A stretch of 64,000 nucleotides of DNA from Antedon mediterranea (Eukaryota; Animalia; Echinodermata), in the NCBI RefSeq assembly GCF_964355755.1, contig NC_092671.1, positions 18,104,001 through 18,168,000 on the forward strand, written 5' to 3'. Shown one piece after another: positions 40,088 through 51,659 of this stretch (position 1 is its first letter; each line of letters starts with the position of its first letter). Made by a program: the position numbers and the translations under genes. The notes under the pieces were generated by a model that ran no database searches, was not told the DNA's origin, and saw only the letters and a program-made list of their open reading frames with translations.

Positions 40088-41307
40088 ATTAAATTCCTAG
40101 TTAAATTATTTTAACATATTTTCATAGTGCATTTATTTATTATCATTGTGGAAGTTGTATCATTAATGTTGTTAATATTAACTCATGAACATTCTCCAAT
40201 TTGTGTCAATTTGCATGATTAACATGATATATGACCTTAAATAACAAATTTGTTGAGAGTTTCACACCTACTATGAGACTATTTTATAGCCTCACAGTCA
40301 TGTATCATCTTGGCACAAATCTCCAATAGCTGAGTTCTCAACTTTATAAAATCATTTAATTTGAGTATACTTGTTAAAAAAATGTCTGTAGTAAATAGAA
40401 AATGTCAGTAGTTTTTTACATATAACATCTAACAGTAATTCTATATATATGCACACATGTTTCTGAGTATGCGTCAAAATATTCAGACTTGATAGTCATG
40501 AAAACGAAAGCCCACTACTGTATACTATGTCTTAACACGTGTTATAACTCTGTTGTAATTTCTCCTTATAATATCCTACAATTGATGGGCTCAACAAATG
40601 TTGGTCTGACTGAAATTTGTATCCTTCCTAAAATTTTAAAATTATTGAGGGGTACATTAAAATTTTTTACTATTTTTTTTTAATTACAAGTAAAATGAGT
40701 AAAGTAAGTAATATTTCCATACAGTATATATTTTCTTTTCCCGTAAATCTGTAATTGGGCTGAATTGAAGGATTGCAGACATTTCCGTAGTGCTTGAGAA
40801 GTCTGCAGTACCTTAAATGGATTACCCCCTTAAATGAATAGGGGTTATATAAAGTAATACTATCAGTATAGTATGTTGTAATTGTAAATTGTAATAAAAT
40901 ACTATACTGTAGCATATACGCCTGTGTCCACAAAAATAGAGTTTTAGTTTGGATCCAGGGTTCAAATCCCACTTGATCTATTCTCACAAAAAAAATAACT
41001 GTCAGGCCTTGGCATCTTATGTATGTGTTTGTGAATGGATTGTCACCTGCTATCGGGACAATAAAACATATTGAAAACAGTCCCTATAATATTAATAAGT
41101 TTTAAATTAAAAAGTCATTTTTTAGTACTGTTATTGTTTTTCTAATAATCTAATTACATTTAAAAATGTCTACATATTTGGCTTTTTTTTCTATCTTGAG
41201 TGACTGTTGAACATGTCATCCATTAAAATTTAAGGAAATGCTCAGGGCCAGTCTTTCAATGGTGTGATGCCTGTATGGCCTATGATTCGCCAAGAACTAT
41301 AAATTAA

Positions 41308-41935
41308 AGCCCCCTTCCCTACGTTTTTTAGATCTAATTTAAGATCACAAACTATATTTAATGTAAAAATAATACTATATGGTCCTATTGGGATAACTTT
41401 TTTCGTCTTTAAACGGTTAAAAATGTGAAAAATAAGTCGATTCTAATAATTATAGCGGCCCGCTATAAATCCCAAAATGCATTGCGCGCGGATTGATATT
41501 TTTGTTTTTCACCTGTAATTCGCCCACTTTTCGATCGATCGTGAGGCCAAAACAAATGGAAGACTCCTAACTTTTCAGCGAAAATACCGGGTTTTCCCCA
41601 ATTTGTATCAACGGAGTCTGGCAAAAATAGAAAGACAATTAATGCAGCAAATATACAACGTCAGGCTAGGTATATAGCTAGCGTATGATGTTCGTACGTT
41701 ACCGATGTTTACCAGCTAGGCCTACAAAACTAAGCCTAGCTAGGCTAGGCCTAAGACCGTCCACGAGAGGTCGATCGCCGCGAGCTACTTAGGTAGTGCA
41801 AATTGTTTCTCACTTTTTATCATAATTTACCATAAAACGTACATTTAAGACAAGGAATGACATGGTTTATTGTTTTTAAAGTGATATATATGTATTATTT
41901 TCCAAAAAACGTCCAAAATTGCAGGGAAGGGGTCT
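41308..41935. mobile_element. TTAA-targeting MITE (Kolobok-like), copy 2, opposite orientation to 25804-26429
   Basis: TTAA|AGCCCCCTTCCCT...AGGGAAGGGGTCT|TTAA. Confidence 0.92.
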
Positions 41936-43738
41936 TTAAGTACCTCAGATCATGGAGGTATTAAACCTCCATGCTCAGATTTAAGAATTCTATGGTGCAT
42001 TTAAAATGAATTTTACTCACAAGTATCAATACTCTTTCAAAAAAAGAACTTCACAAACTTCATGTATATGAAAGGTGGAAAAACACTATTAATGTAAAAT
42101 ATGTTGTCATACTGTTCGAAGATAAAACATAAAATTAAAATTTCTTTCTATGTGTCAGTTTTATCATCTATTTGATTTAAATCTCAAGTACAAAGGTACA
42201 GGGTGCACTAGATTAGCAATTATGATATTTGCATTTGTATATGTGTACACTGAATCTTTTAAAAAGGCCCATGAAATTTTGTTTTCATAAACAATAAACA
42301 GTAAATATAATTGTACCTGTATATATTGAACAAAATTATCTTGTATTAATTTTTTCATAAACTGAATGTACACTATTAAATTACATTTTTTTTCATAAGC
42401 CTGAACTGAACCATTATTTTAACTTTTTATTTATTATTTTAGGTAAATTAATTAGTTGTTGAATAAGCCCCATAATGTCACCAAACAGTGCCATTTCTTT
42501 TACCATTAGCAATATTTATACCACCTTCAGCTGTTACCTCATTTATCTATTGACTCTTTCCTTCTTGATAATTATCGTTAATATTTTATTTTTTGGCATA
42601 TTTTATTTAATTCATTTTATATTATAAATTTTTTTGTATTAATATTGATGTCTAAATATATTAATTGGTTATTATAAATTTATTTTAGTTTTAGATCATG
42701 GGACTGCTGACTCTTGTAGTTACAGTAATCTTATTTACTTTATTAGTCCCCGACCAATTCATCTCTGTATGTTTTATTATGTTTTTTTTAAATGGAATGA
42801 AATTATTCAGTTTTTGTAGTCACTGCTTAAATAACGTTCCAGCATTGACAAATTCTGACCACTACAAAATTCTGGGAATCCAAATCAGTTTAATCTGTCC
42901 TTTAGAAATCTTTAACTATTAAATTTAAGCTGTGCATGTTTCAGCTGTCGGCTAGAATCCATGTTGGCAGTACACTCACCAATATCACAGCTAGACTTGA
43001 TCATAATCTTTATTCTATAATACTTCCCTTCTATCACATACACTATTGGCACGATTGATTGATAAAATAACAGCTTTCTGCAATAAATTCTGCATTATTA
43101 GATAGAATAAGACAAAGTACAGTTCCATAAAGCCATTCATGACTGACACTTGTAAAAATTATCAATTCAAATTTGGTTTTTATTATTTTGACCTTAAAAA
43201 ATTCAAAGTGGAAAAAAAAAATGTGATTGATAGAAAATCAATTCACTGAGACAATATAGTGGGAGTTAAATTAATTCTAGAGTTTCAGACATTTTGTTAA
43301 AGTTCAACAATTAATGCATTATGTATTCTTCTCAAATGTAATGGTAATTTTGTTCAGATTCAGTTTCCTTACTTAAACTTGACAACTATTTAATGAGCTA
43401 TTTTACAATTTAGGACATACAGGTACAGTACATGGTTTTCTGAAACAGTGATACTCATAATCTGTATTGCTGTGCATAAGAAGTTTATCATTGAAATCAT
43501 CATCAGTTCAATTATACACTATACCACTTATACAGAGTTCATAGCAGTTCTTTCATTTGTCTGTAATCTTAATTCCTTGTTACCATATATTTATTTCCAA
43601 AAATGTTATTGTTTTTTTACATAACATTTTGTTGTTACAATTTTACTAAATTGTTTGATTTTGCTACCAGAATATATGTTTGTTAGTAAAACATATATCT
43701 TTTTTTATTTTTTGCAGACCTGAACTGGCAAATGTAGT

Positions 43739-44270
43739 ATGGAAAATATAGCAGAAAATCAAGTTGCTACCACTAGTCCCCCTCGATGTAATGATCAGCA
43801 GAAATTAACTGTGGATATGCAGGAAGATGAATCTACTGATCAGCAATATAACAATGAGTATGTATCTCAACAAAAGAAAGAAGAGCAACCAGACAATGAG
43901 GAACAACAGGTGGAAGAGGGAGAGATGGAAGAGCTGAATGATGGACAACAAGAAGAACTTGCAACAGATTCTATGGCAATAAATCTGAAAACAAGTAAAG
44001 ATGTTGATTTAAACTTTAACAATGATTCTGTTGATTTAGACACTGGTGATCATGCAACAGAAAATGGTTTAAAAAATACAAATGTACTATTAAATCAAGA
44101 AACAGACATTTTAGATGCAAAGGAACAATTAATTGATGAAGCAATATCTTCTAATAATGTGGAAAACACAAACGATACTGTAAAGGATGATGCTACAATG
44201 GTTAGACCATTGATTGTAGTGTCACATGATGAAGTTCAACCAATTGCTGTCCCAGAAACACTTAATGATG
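43739..44270 (+). CDS. SLC4 AE-type anion exchanger, probable first coding exon (acidic, low complexity)
   Basis: tgcag acceptor at 43716-43717, ATG at 43739, E/D/N/Q-rich ORF; ends at a GCAAGT (GC) donor whose phase fits the next exon. Confidence 0.7.
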
Positions 44271-44710
44271 GCAAGTTTTGCTTTTCTATTTTGTAAATTT
44301 AAAATAGTAATTTATTGGTAATATAAAAATAAAGAAATCACTTAAAATAATTTTTCTTTTATAGTTTTCTATTTTTCATAAAAGTTGTTCAATTTTAATG
44401 ACTCCCTAACATGCGTATTTCTTTTCATAAAAATCCTTTAAAACATTATTGATCCCAGATTTTAAAGCCACATTTACAAATTGTTGGTAAATGTCATGTA
44501 ACTTTAAGTATTTTAATTATGACTGCCATCAATTGTCCAATCATAGACCACAAAGATAAATAAATGCAGTATACAATTCTGGATGTTAAATGTTCAGAAT
44601 TTGAAGTGATACATTGAAGTCTAACCAAGAGATATAGAAAGTCTATTTGTATGAAACAAACTGTACTAGAAAATAATAATACCTTGCTTTATTATATTTA
44701 TATTATATAG

Positions 44711-44862
44711 AAACATATGATGAAAAAGAAGACATGTCAATCAATCAATTGCAGACTGATTCAGACACTTTGGATCCTTCAAAAAGTGCAACACAAATTG
44801 ATGCAATTGAAATGACCTCACTTGAAAATAGGTCATCAGGGGGCGAAAAGACAGCCAAAAAG
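44711..44862 (+). CDS. SLC4 N-terminal exon (ETYDEKEDMSINQLQTD...GGEKTAKK)
   Basis: tatag acceptor, open frame, AAG|GTGCAT donor; phase 1 to 0. Confidence 0.65.
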
Positions 44863-44931
44863 GTGCATATCAAGACTACAATTCTAATTTTTTCATTTTA
44901 GATTAGTGTCAATCTTTTTATTTTGATGTTA

Positions 44932-45202
44932 AGCTCTGTCTACACTACCATATTTTGGCATATCAGGGTCGTATGACGGGTGCATACGCACACCCCCCCC
45001 CCCCCCATCCAAATTGCAAAAGGTCCACATTTTATAGGGTCTTAAAATAAATAAGTACTCAATATTATGAAAATAGTCAAAAATATATTAATCCGCACCC
45101 ACCCAAATAAAAATCCTGCGTACGACCCTGCATATCACTACCATAATTGGGCACATCACACTTTTTTTTATAGGTTTAGTTTGATTGAGTGTAGACAGAG
45201 CT
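44932..45202. mobile_element. small Harbinger-like MITE with TTA TSD, containing a nested CAGGG element
   Basis: TTA|AGCTCTGTCTACAC...GTGTAGACAGAGCT|TTA. Confidence 0.8.
44964..45130. mobile_element. CAGGG-ended MITE with 5-bp TSD nested in the Harbinger-like MITE
   Basis: CATAT|CAGGGTCGTA...TACGACCCTG|CATAT. Confidence 0.8.
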
Positions 45203-45439
45203 TTAGAAACTATCATTATCGTTTTTCTCAAATTTGCTACATTTGCATAGAATTCTACATAGCTATAAAACAAATAAATATTCACTATATTATATTAGTA
45301 TTTCTGTAATTGTAAAAGTGTATAATCACTAATAATAAATTGTGCAAAAACAGTAAATAAAATAAAATGTTATATTGAACAAAAAAAATCTAGTTCTATA
45401 CATTATTTGATAAATAAAAGAATATGTTGGACTTTTTAG

Positions 45440-45633
45440 ATGAACTTAAAAGAAGAGTGTCTTCAGAGAACTGAAGATAAACAGAAAGAAAATGGAAATA
45501 AACAAGAAAAAAATAAAGATGAACCAAATGAACATGAAAAAGATGAACATGAAAGAAATGAAGAATATTTAGGAACAGAAGAGGATTTGAACGTAGCACA
45601 TGAAGCTAACTCTACTGGTAGACATTACAAAAG
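45440..45633 (+). CDS. SLC4 N-terminal exon (charged, MNLKEECLQRTEDK...GRHYK)
   Basis: tttag acceptor and AG|GTTAGA donor; phase 0 to 2. Confidence 0.65.
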
Positions 45634-45919
45634 GTTAGAGGTCAAACTTATTTATTATGCATAAACTTATGTTTTATTCAACAATATTCTGTATTCTACA
45701 TATTTTCAAATAATTTGAATAGATGTAGCTTAAGAAAGAAGTAGGCCTATATGATAAATGTAGTGCATGAAGCTAACTCTACTGGTAGACATTACAAAAG
45801 GTTAGAGGTCAAACCTATTTATTATGCATAAACTTTTGTTTTAGTCAACAATGTTCTGTACTATACATATTTTCAAGAAATACAATTATATACAGTAGAT
45901 GTAGCATAAGAAAGAAGTA
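45590..45919 (+). repeat. tandem duplication (about 170-bp period) of an exon 3' end plus donor site
   Basis: catgaagctaactctactggtagacattacaaaaggttagaggtcaaac occurs at 45599 and 45767. Confidence 0.9.
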
Positions 45920-46288
45920 TACAATGAATGTATAGGATCAAAGCACTAATTCAGTGGCCTTACAATGCTGCAAATTTCAAAAGACTGTAAACCCAAAAGC
46001 CATAACACTAGGCAATTTATTTGATGGATTGATATTATGCTTTGTTTTGACTAATTGTAATGATAAATGTTTATATAATCTTGAAAGTAGGTAATGAAGA
46101 TTTCTCAAAACGATTTTAAGGATTATCGTGACTACGGTCAAATGACGTTAGACAAAATATTGATGCATTGTAATTCCTCAAGGATATATTTGATCTTGGA
46201 CAGGTCAAAGGTTATCCCGTGGGATTCACCGTATGATAAATCTATTAAAAGAAATTTTGATTAACCCTGTCATGCTACAATGCATATT

Positions 46289-46783
46289 AGGGAGGTTTCG
46301 CAACCTTACGAATACGATAACAAAAACGGATACGTCATACATACTTTTGAGCTGATCCCCATTTCATATTCGTAAAGCGTATTCGTGTTGACGAATATCA
46401 CCAGTCATATTCGTAACTACAAAACGAGTATAGTTTTTGATCTATCTTGCACATTTTGCAATGAATTAGGAATGATTCATGATTATAATATAATTATAGA
46501 TTTATTGAAAGTAATTTACTAAAGTAATTTATTAAAATGCCAGGTCAGTTTAGATAAATAGCAGTTTTTAAAGTCCTCACTCGCTTTGATGTTACGCTAG
46601 GCCTAGGCAGCCAAGCACCAAGCAACACGTACCTGCGCTTTGCTCAAATTTACCGCAGTCATATTTTGGACGCGCCTCAATATTTCGTTGCCATGCGAAA
46701 CAGATTTTTTTTATGGCTTACGAAAACGAATACGTGTGCGTGACGTTTTCGTTATCGTATTCGTAAGATTGCGAAACCTCTCT
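46289..46783. mobile_element. PIF/Harbinger-type MITE with AWT TSD, copy 2
   Basis: ATT|AGGGAGGTTTCGCAACCTTACGAATACG...CGTATTCGTAAGATTGCGAAACCTCTCT|ATT; colinear with 4273-4762. Confidence 0.88.
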
Positions 46784-48581
46784 ATTACTATGTTCCATAT
46801 TCCACTAATAAGAAAGTTAGGTATGTAAATTTTATAAATAGATATAAATTAGTTGAATATGGATTCTCAGCAAAAAGAAAGTTTCAAAACATAGCTTGGA
46901 TTTCTATTATATTCATATCATATAATAGGTCCTGTTTCTGCTACGAAAAAAAACCCGGTTATTACCCGTGTGAGTAAATTAACCCAAATTTCTTGTCGCC
47001 ACAAACAGGACAAATTTTCAGTAACCGGTTAAATGGCAGTCTGAAAATAATGGTTAAAAACAGCGAATCGATTTAGTGTTAGAACACATTTAAGCAACAC
47101 ATTTAATCAAGGTGGGGAGGGGGGAGGGAGAGTTTATTCAAAGCGGGCGTTTATTTGAATAAGTACTAATTTATTCCTTCATAATGATTTATTAGGATAT
47201 TTAAAATGATTGATAGAATGATGAAAATCCTACTTTGATTACAAACTCAAAAGTTTTGGTGGGACCTAAAACTGAATCTTCTTAAAATCAATTGCTTAGT
47301 TTAGTTGTTTTGTTTTCAGATTAAACTTTAAAAAAAATATGTTATTGTAGTATAAAATTAGGTATTGTTTGGTTGGATGAGAATTTCTGAAATACACTCA
47401 TAATAAATAGATTAAAACTTTATTAAATGTGGAGTTGCTACGAAAGGCCATGCTTAGAATCTACTAATCTTTTGGAAGAGTCTTCATAATTGAATTAAAC
47501 TTATTATCTGCTTTTGAAACTATGTAGTAATTCATCTATCAATCAACACAGCATGTATTAGCATTTTTTGAATGTGAAAATTCTAATGACATAAGGAAGT
47601 GTTGTGAATATATCAGGGTCAGTTAGTTCAAACTTATTACCTTCATCATAATTAGTTTTTGATCAATGTTTTTTTCCCTTTATTTTCATATGTTCAATTG
47701 AATAAAATAATCTTGGTAAGTACTGTATAAAGATCGGTAAAAGTTCACATACCTAATTGATTTATCATCTTGTTTTTATAATCTCTGTGCTGTGCTTCTT
47801 TTCTATTTTCTTTCTAAAAATCAATTGCTTTTCATATGATAATGATCCATAAATCATATTATTAAATTGTTAATGTTTTAAGGGCTCTCTCTTTTTGCTT
47901 ATAGTTCATGTTTATTTGAAGTAGGATGCTTTTGAAATTGATCTTAGGAGTATGGATGTACAGAAAGTCAGTAGAAATTGATGGATCTTTGCACAATACC
48001 GATTTCCACCTATGGAGTGAGGTTCCTTTTGCATCTTTGCTCCTACATTTTACTGCCTCATTTTGCAAATATTAAAGTTTCTTTTTAAGATGGGCATCTA
48101 TTTTTCTAAAAACTGTAGACCTAATAGGTTGTATGTTGTCATAATCCAATCCACTCAGCTTGATTTTCTTCAGAGAGATATATTATTCCTATACTTAGCT
48201 TAGCTTTCTCACTTAGGTGTATATAAATAGGTACATGGCTAGTTTTTTAGTTATCGTAATCCCAATGATCTACTTGGCTTGACATCTTTCAGCAAGATAT
48301 GCGTTACACTCAGCTTTTAGTGCTCTTCACATTAAAATTGTATAAATAGGTTTCGGCTAGCTTTTCACTTGTCAAAAAACATGGTATCAACTTGGCTTCA
48401 ATGTAAAATGGCTATTGGGTACAGTTTTCACAAGTCGGCTACATTTAATTGAAAAACATCTCTCAACTGCCTTTGACCGAGCGCCATCTGGTTTTATATC
48501 AAAAGCATCTTTACAAAACATTAAATAAATAATAATAATTTAAATCAATATTTTGACAATTAACTACACTTTATATTACAG

Positions 48582-48640
48582 GAACTCAAGTAGCAGTTCA
48601 TTTAACTGTGGTCACTTAAAGGGACGCAGAAGACATGGTG
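48582..48640 (+). CDS. SLC4 small N-terminal exon (RNSSSSSFNCGHLKGRRRHG)
   Basis: tacag acceptor and GTAATG donor; phase 2 to 1 bridges its neighbours. Confidence 0.6.
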
Positions 48641-49267
48641 GTAATGGCATTTGTATTTTATCGGCTATTTAGTTTTCCAGTATAATCTTAAAATTTGATG
48701 GTTTTTTTTACAACTGTCTTAGTTGTTTTTTTTATAAATTCATACAAATTTCAACTTTCAACAAAAATGTTCAATTTATTTTTCTGATTGTGATAGTTTG
48801 TTTAATTACTTAATTTTGTTTAATGTCCCTGATCAAGTTTTGAGAGCATTAATAATTTGTTCATTAATAATAATATTAATAATTCAACATTTATTAGTTT
48901 CTATCAATGGTAAAACAATACAATAAAAAAGAATGATAATTTACCATTAGTACCATTGCATGTGTTTATATACTTTGGAAATTTGAATGTTTACAGTATG
49001 GATAGAGTTTGTTTGTAGCACAGTATTATTGATGACTTTGAAGTCAGTGACTACAATGTATGAATGTATGTATGATTTTTGCAGCAAATAAATATGGTTT
49101 GTTTGAGATTTAAAAAAAATTTAATATATGTAATTTAGAATGTCATTATTAAGTGACCAAACAATATTCGTTGTTCTACAACTCCGAAAAAAACCCCAAA
49201 TATTTACGATTTCAAATAGTTAAATTTTGTATGTATCATTCATTTTTCATGTTTATTTTTTTTTCAG

Positions 49268-49362
49268 GAGGAAACATTAATAGTTTAAGGAATGATACTG
49301 GACGGCGTGTCATAGAACCAGAAAATGATTCATGTAACACATCAATAGAGAAACCACATGAT
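49268..49362 (+). CDS. SLC4 exon (GGNINSLRNDTGRRV...EKPHD)
   Basis: ttcag acceptor and GTAAGA donor; PHD joins LLIELHQL, like the SLC4 PHxxFVEL motif. Confidence 0.8.
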
Positions 49363-50018
49363 GTAAGACATTGCAAAGCATTTGAAATCTATAAATGTAT
49401 TGGTGCTTATCACCCTTGTGATCAAAAAACTCCTGCTCAAGTAGAATCAGCTACTGTAATCTCATAGCAAAATCAGTTTGACCACTACTAGCTTCATCAT
49501 GAGATTCTTTTGAAATCATGACATTTATTTTTATTAAAAATTACTTACTAGTATAAATAGAGTCGGAAGTAAGCTATGAAGTAGCAGTTTGTTTGTTCTT
49601 AGCCCTGGGTAGTAATGCCTGTGAAGAAGTTATTTGTATTAAGTTACTTCAACCTTGCTCAGACAATTTACTGTTAAGTCTCGTCAGGAGTAAATGTGCT
49701 ACTTCCGCGTACACATATAATGATATGCGCTAACAAATTAGCGTTGTATAGACGCAATACTTTAAAGCTCGCAAGAATTCACCTTGCATTAAGCATCGTG
49801 TGGACATAACTTTACCTCAAACATAAGGCCGTCTGAACATAACTACTGTCCAATAATTGTTTTGAGTTGTGATATTAAACATCAATAATCTACTTCTTGT
49901 AGTTTAGCAGCGAATATGAAACAGTACAATTGAATATGAAATTTGTAATTGATTTCAAAACAATAAAGATACTCATTCAATTGTATAAATCTAATTTTTT
50001 TTCAAAAATACATTCCAG

Positions 50019-50202
50019 TTATTGATAGAGCTACATCAGTTAGAATATTCTGATGGTCAAGGGATAGTTTGGAAGGAGAGGGCTAGATGGATCAAGTTTG
50101 AGGAGGACATTGAGGAAGGCTCTGATCGTTGGGGTAAACCTCATGTTGCTTCACTCACATTTCACAGTTTACTAGAGCTTAAGCGTGGACTTCAGGAAAG
50201 GG
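50019..50202 (+). CDS. SLC4A2: SLC4 AE-type (SLC4A1/2/3-like) cytoplasmic domain exon (WKERARWIKFEEDIEEG..RWGKPHVASLTFHSLLEL)
   Basis: signature Band 3 cytoplasmic-domain motif; canonical splice sites. The symbol is a best family guess; exact orthology is not determined. Confidence 0.93.
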
Positions 50203-50333
50203 GTAAATATTATACTTACGGTATACTGTTCGTGGAATTGTAAAATATAAAAAAGCATCACTTATTTTTAAATAGATAGAACCATGCATACATAAATTTC
50301 CTTTTTCTACACAGAATATGTTATTTTGTTTTA

Positions 50334-50471
50334 AGTTCTGTCTACACTATCAAACTCTTTAAAAATAAAAAAGTGATGTGCCCAAATATAGTAGTGATAT
50401 GATGTCATCGTGTCCAAATATGGACACATCACATTATTTGTCATTTAAAGTTTGATAGTAAAGACAGAGCT
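50334..50471. mobile_element. small Harbinger-like MITE copy
   Basis: agttctgtctacactatcaaact...agtttgatagtaaagacagagct. Confidence 0.8.
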
Positions 50472-51312
50472 TAAATACAGCATCTCCTGACAGTGTCAAT
50501 GACACAATAGCCATGCTGTGATAGTGGTATTCAATACATTTTTCATCATTATACTGTAGTACTGTACTGCATATTTTTAGAGAATGTGCGCCTTTTGCGA
50601 TCCTCTCTGTACACGTTGTTGCAATAATGCTTTTTATTAAATAATATCTCCTGTTGCCAAATGTTTATTTTGTTTATACAAACAAAAGTACATTATTATA
50701 CAAACAAAATAAAATATAGTACTTGAGTGAAGTACATTTTAAGTATCACAGATAATGTACAGAAAAATGTAATCATTAACTTGTTGTTTATTAGTCTTAT
50801 TTCATATAACAAATGTGTGTATAAAATAATTGATGTATTTACGTGGCTATACTCTCTCACTCTAAAAATGTATAATTTATTTACCCCTCACTTTATACAG
50901 GTTACTTGAAGTAGACAGCTTAATTCAATTAGTTTTATATCCAATAAAATAATGACTCAGTCTGCATATTACCATTTATCTTTAGTCTACTATTTTGTTT
51001 TTGTTTTTTTTATTTTTGAATAAATCATGATGATAGCTTAAATAATTACACACCAGTTTGTAGCAGTACTGTATTGAACTTGATTTTTGTTAACACTGTT
51101 GCCTAGTCTCCAGCTATATCATCTTTATGGTGTAATTGCACATTGCACGGTAATCTATTAAACCATACCCCCTTCTATTTGCCTTTGAAGTTAGAAGAAC
51201 TTATTAATATTAGGAATAAGATTATATATATATTTTTAATTTGCATTACTGAATTATATGAAAATGAATGTATATATTGTATTAAAAAAAAGTTTGTTGT
51301 ATAAGATGTAAC

Positions 51313-51426
51313 AACCCTTTCACACTGTCAAGCAAATCTCCAGAGTTTATACACACCATACAAAATGCAGATGTCAATACCCCCATATGTTAAACTATGG
51401 AGTTTGCTATGTGGTGTGAAAGGGCT
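51313..51426. mobile_element. short Harbinger-like MITE remnant
   Basis: ccctttcacac...gtgtgaaaggg inverted ends with an inner agcaaatctcc/ggagtttgct IR. Confidence 0.55.
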
Positions 51427-51523
51427 ATGAAATATAAAGATGTATAACTACAATTCAAAATTTGATTGACAGCATCTGCGTACAGTATAACAATTTATAC
51501 CTAGTACATTTATTTATTTACAG

Positions 51524-51659
51524 GAGTCATTATGTTAGATTGCAAACTGATAGATTTGGCAGCCATATTTGAGTCTGTTGCTAAGCAACTATTCAGCACT
51601 GGTCTTGTAACATTTGATGGTAAAAAGAAGATTATCCAAATGCTCACTCATAAAGTCTC
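51524..51659 (+). CDS. SLC4A2: SLC4 cytoplasmic domain exon (GVIMLDCKLIDLAAIFESV...MLTHKV)
   Basis: tacag acceptor and GTAAGT donor; GxxxLD motif follows the previous exon as in AE proteins. Confidence 0.88.

Noticed and set aside
47862-48068. Minus-strand 68-aa ORF, possibly a retroelement endonuclease tail
   Set aside because: No motif could be identified with confidence.
49645-49690. Minus-strand CTGACGA-GAC...GTC hammerhead-like start
   Set aside because: The required GAAA after stem II is missing (TGAG instead).
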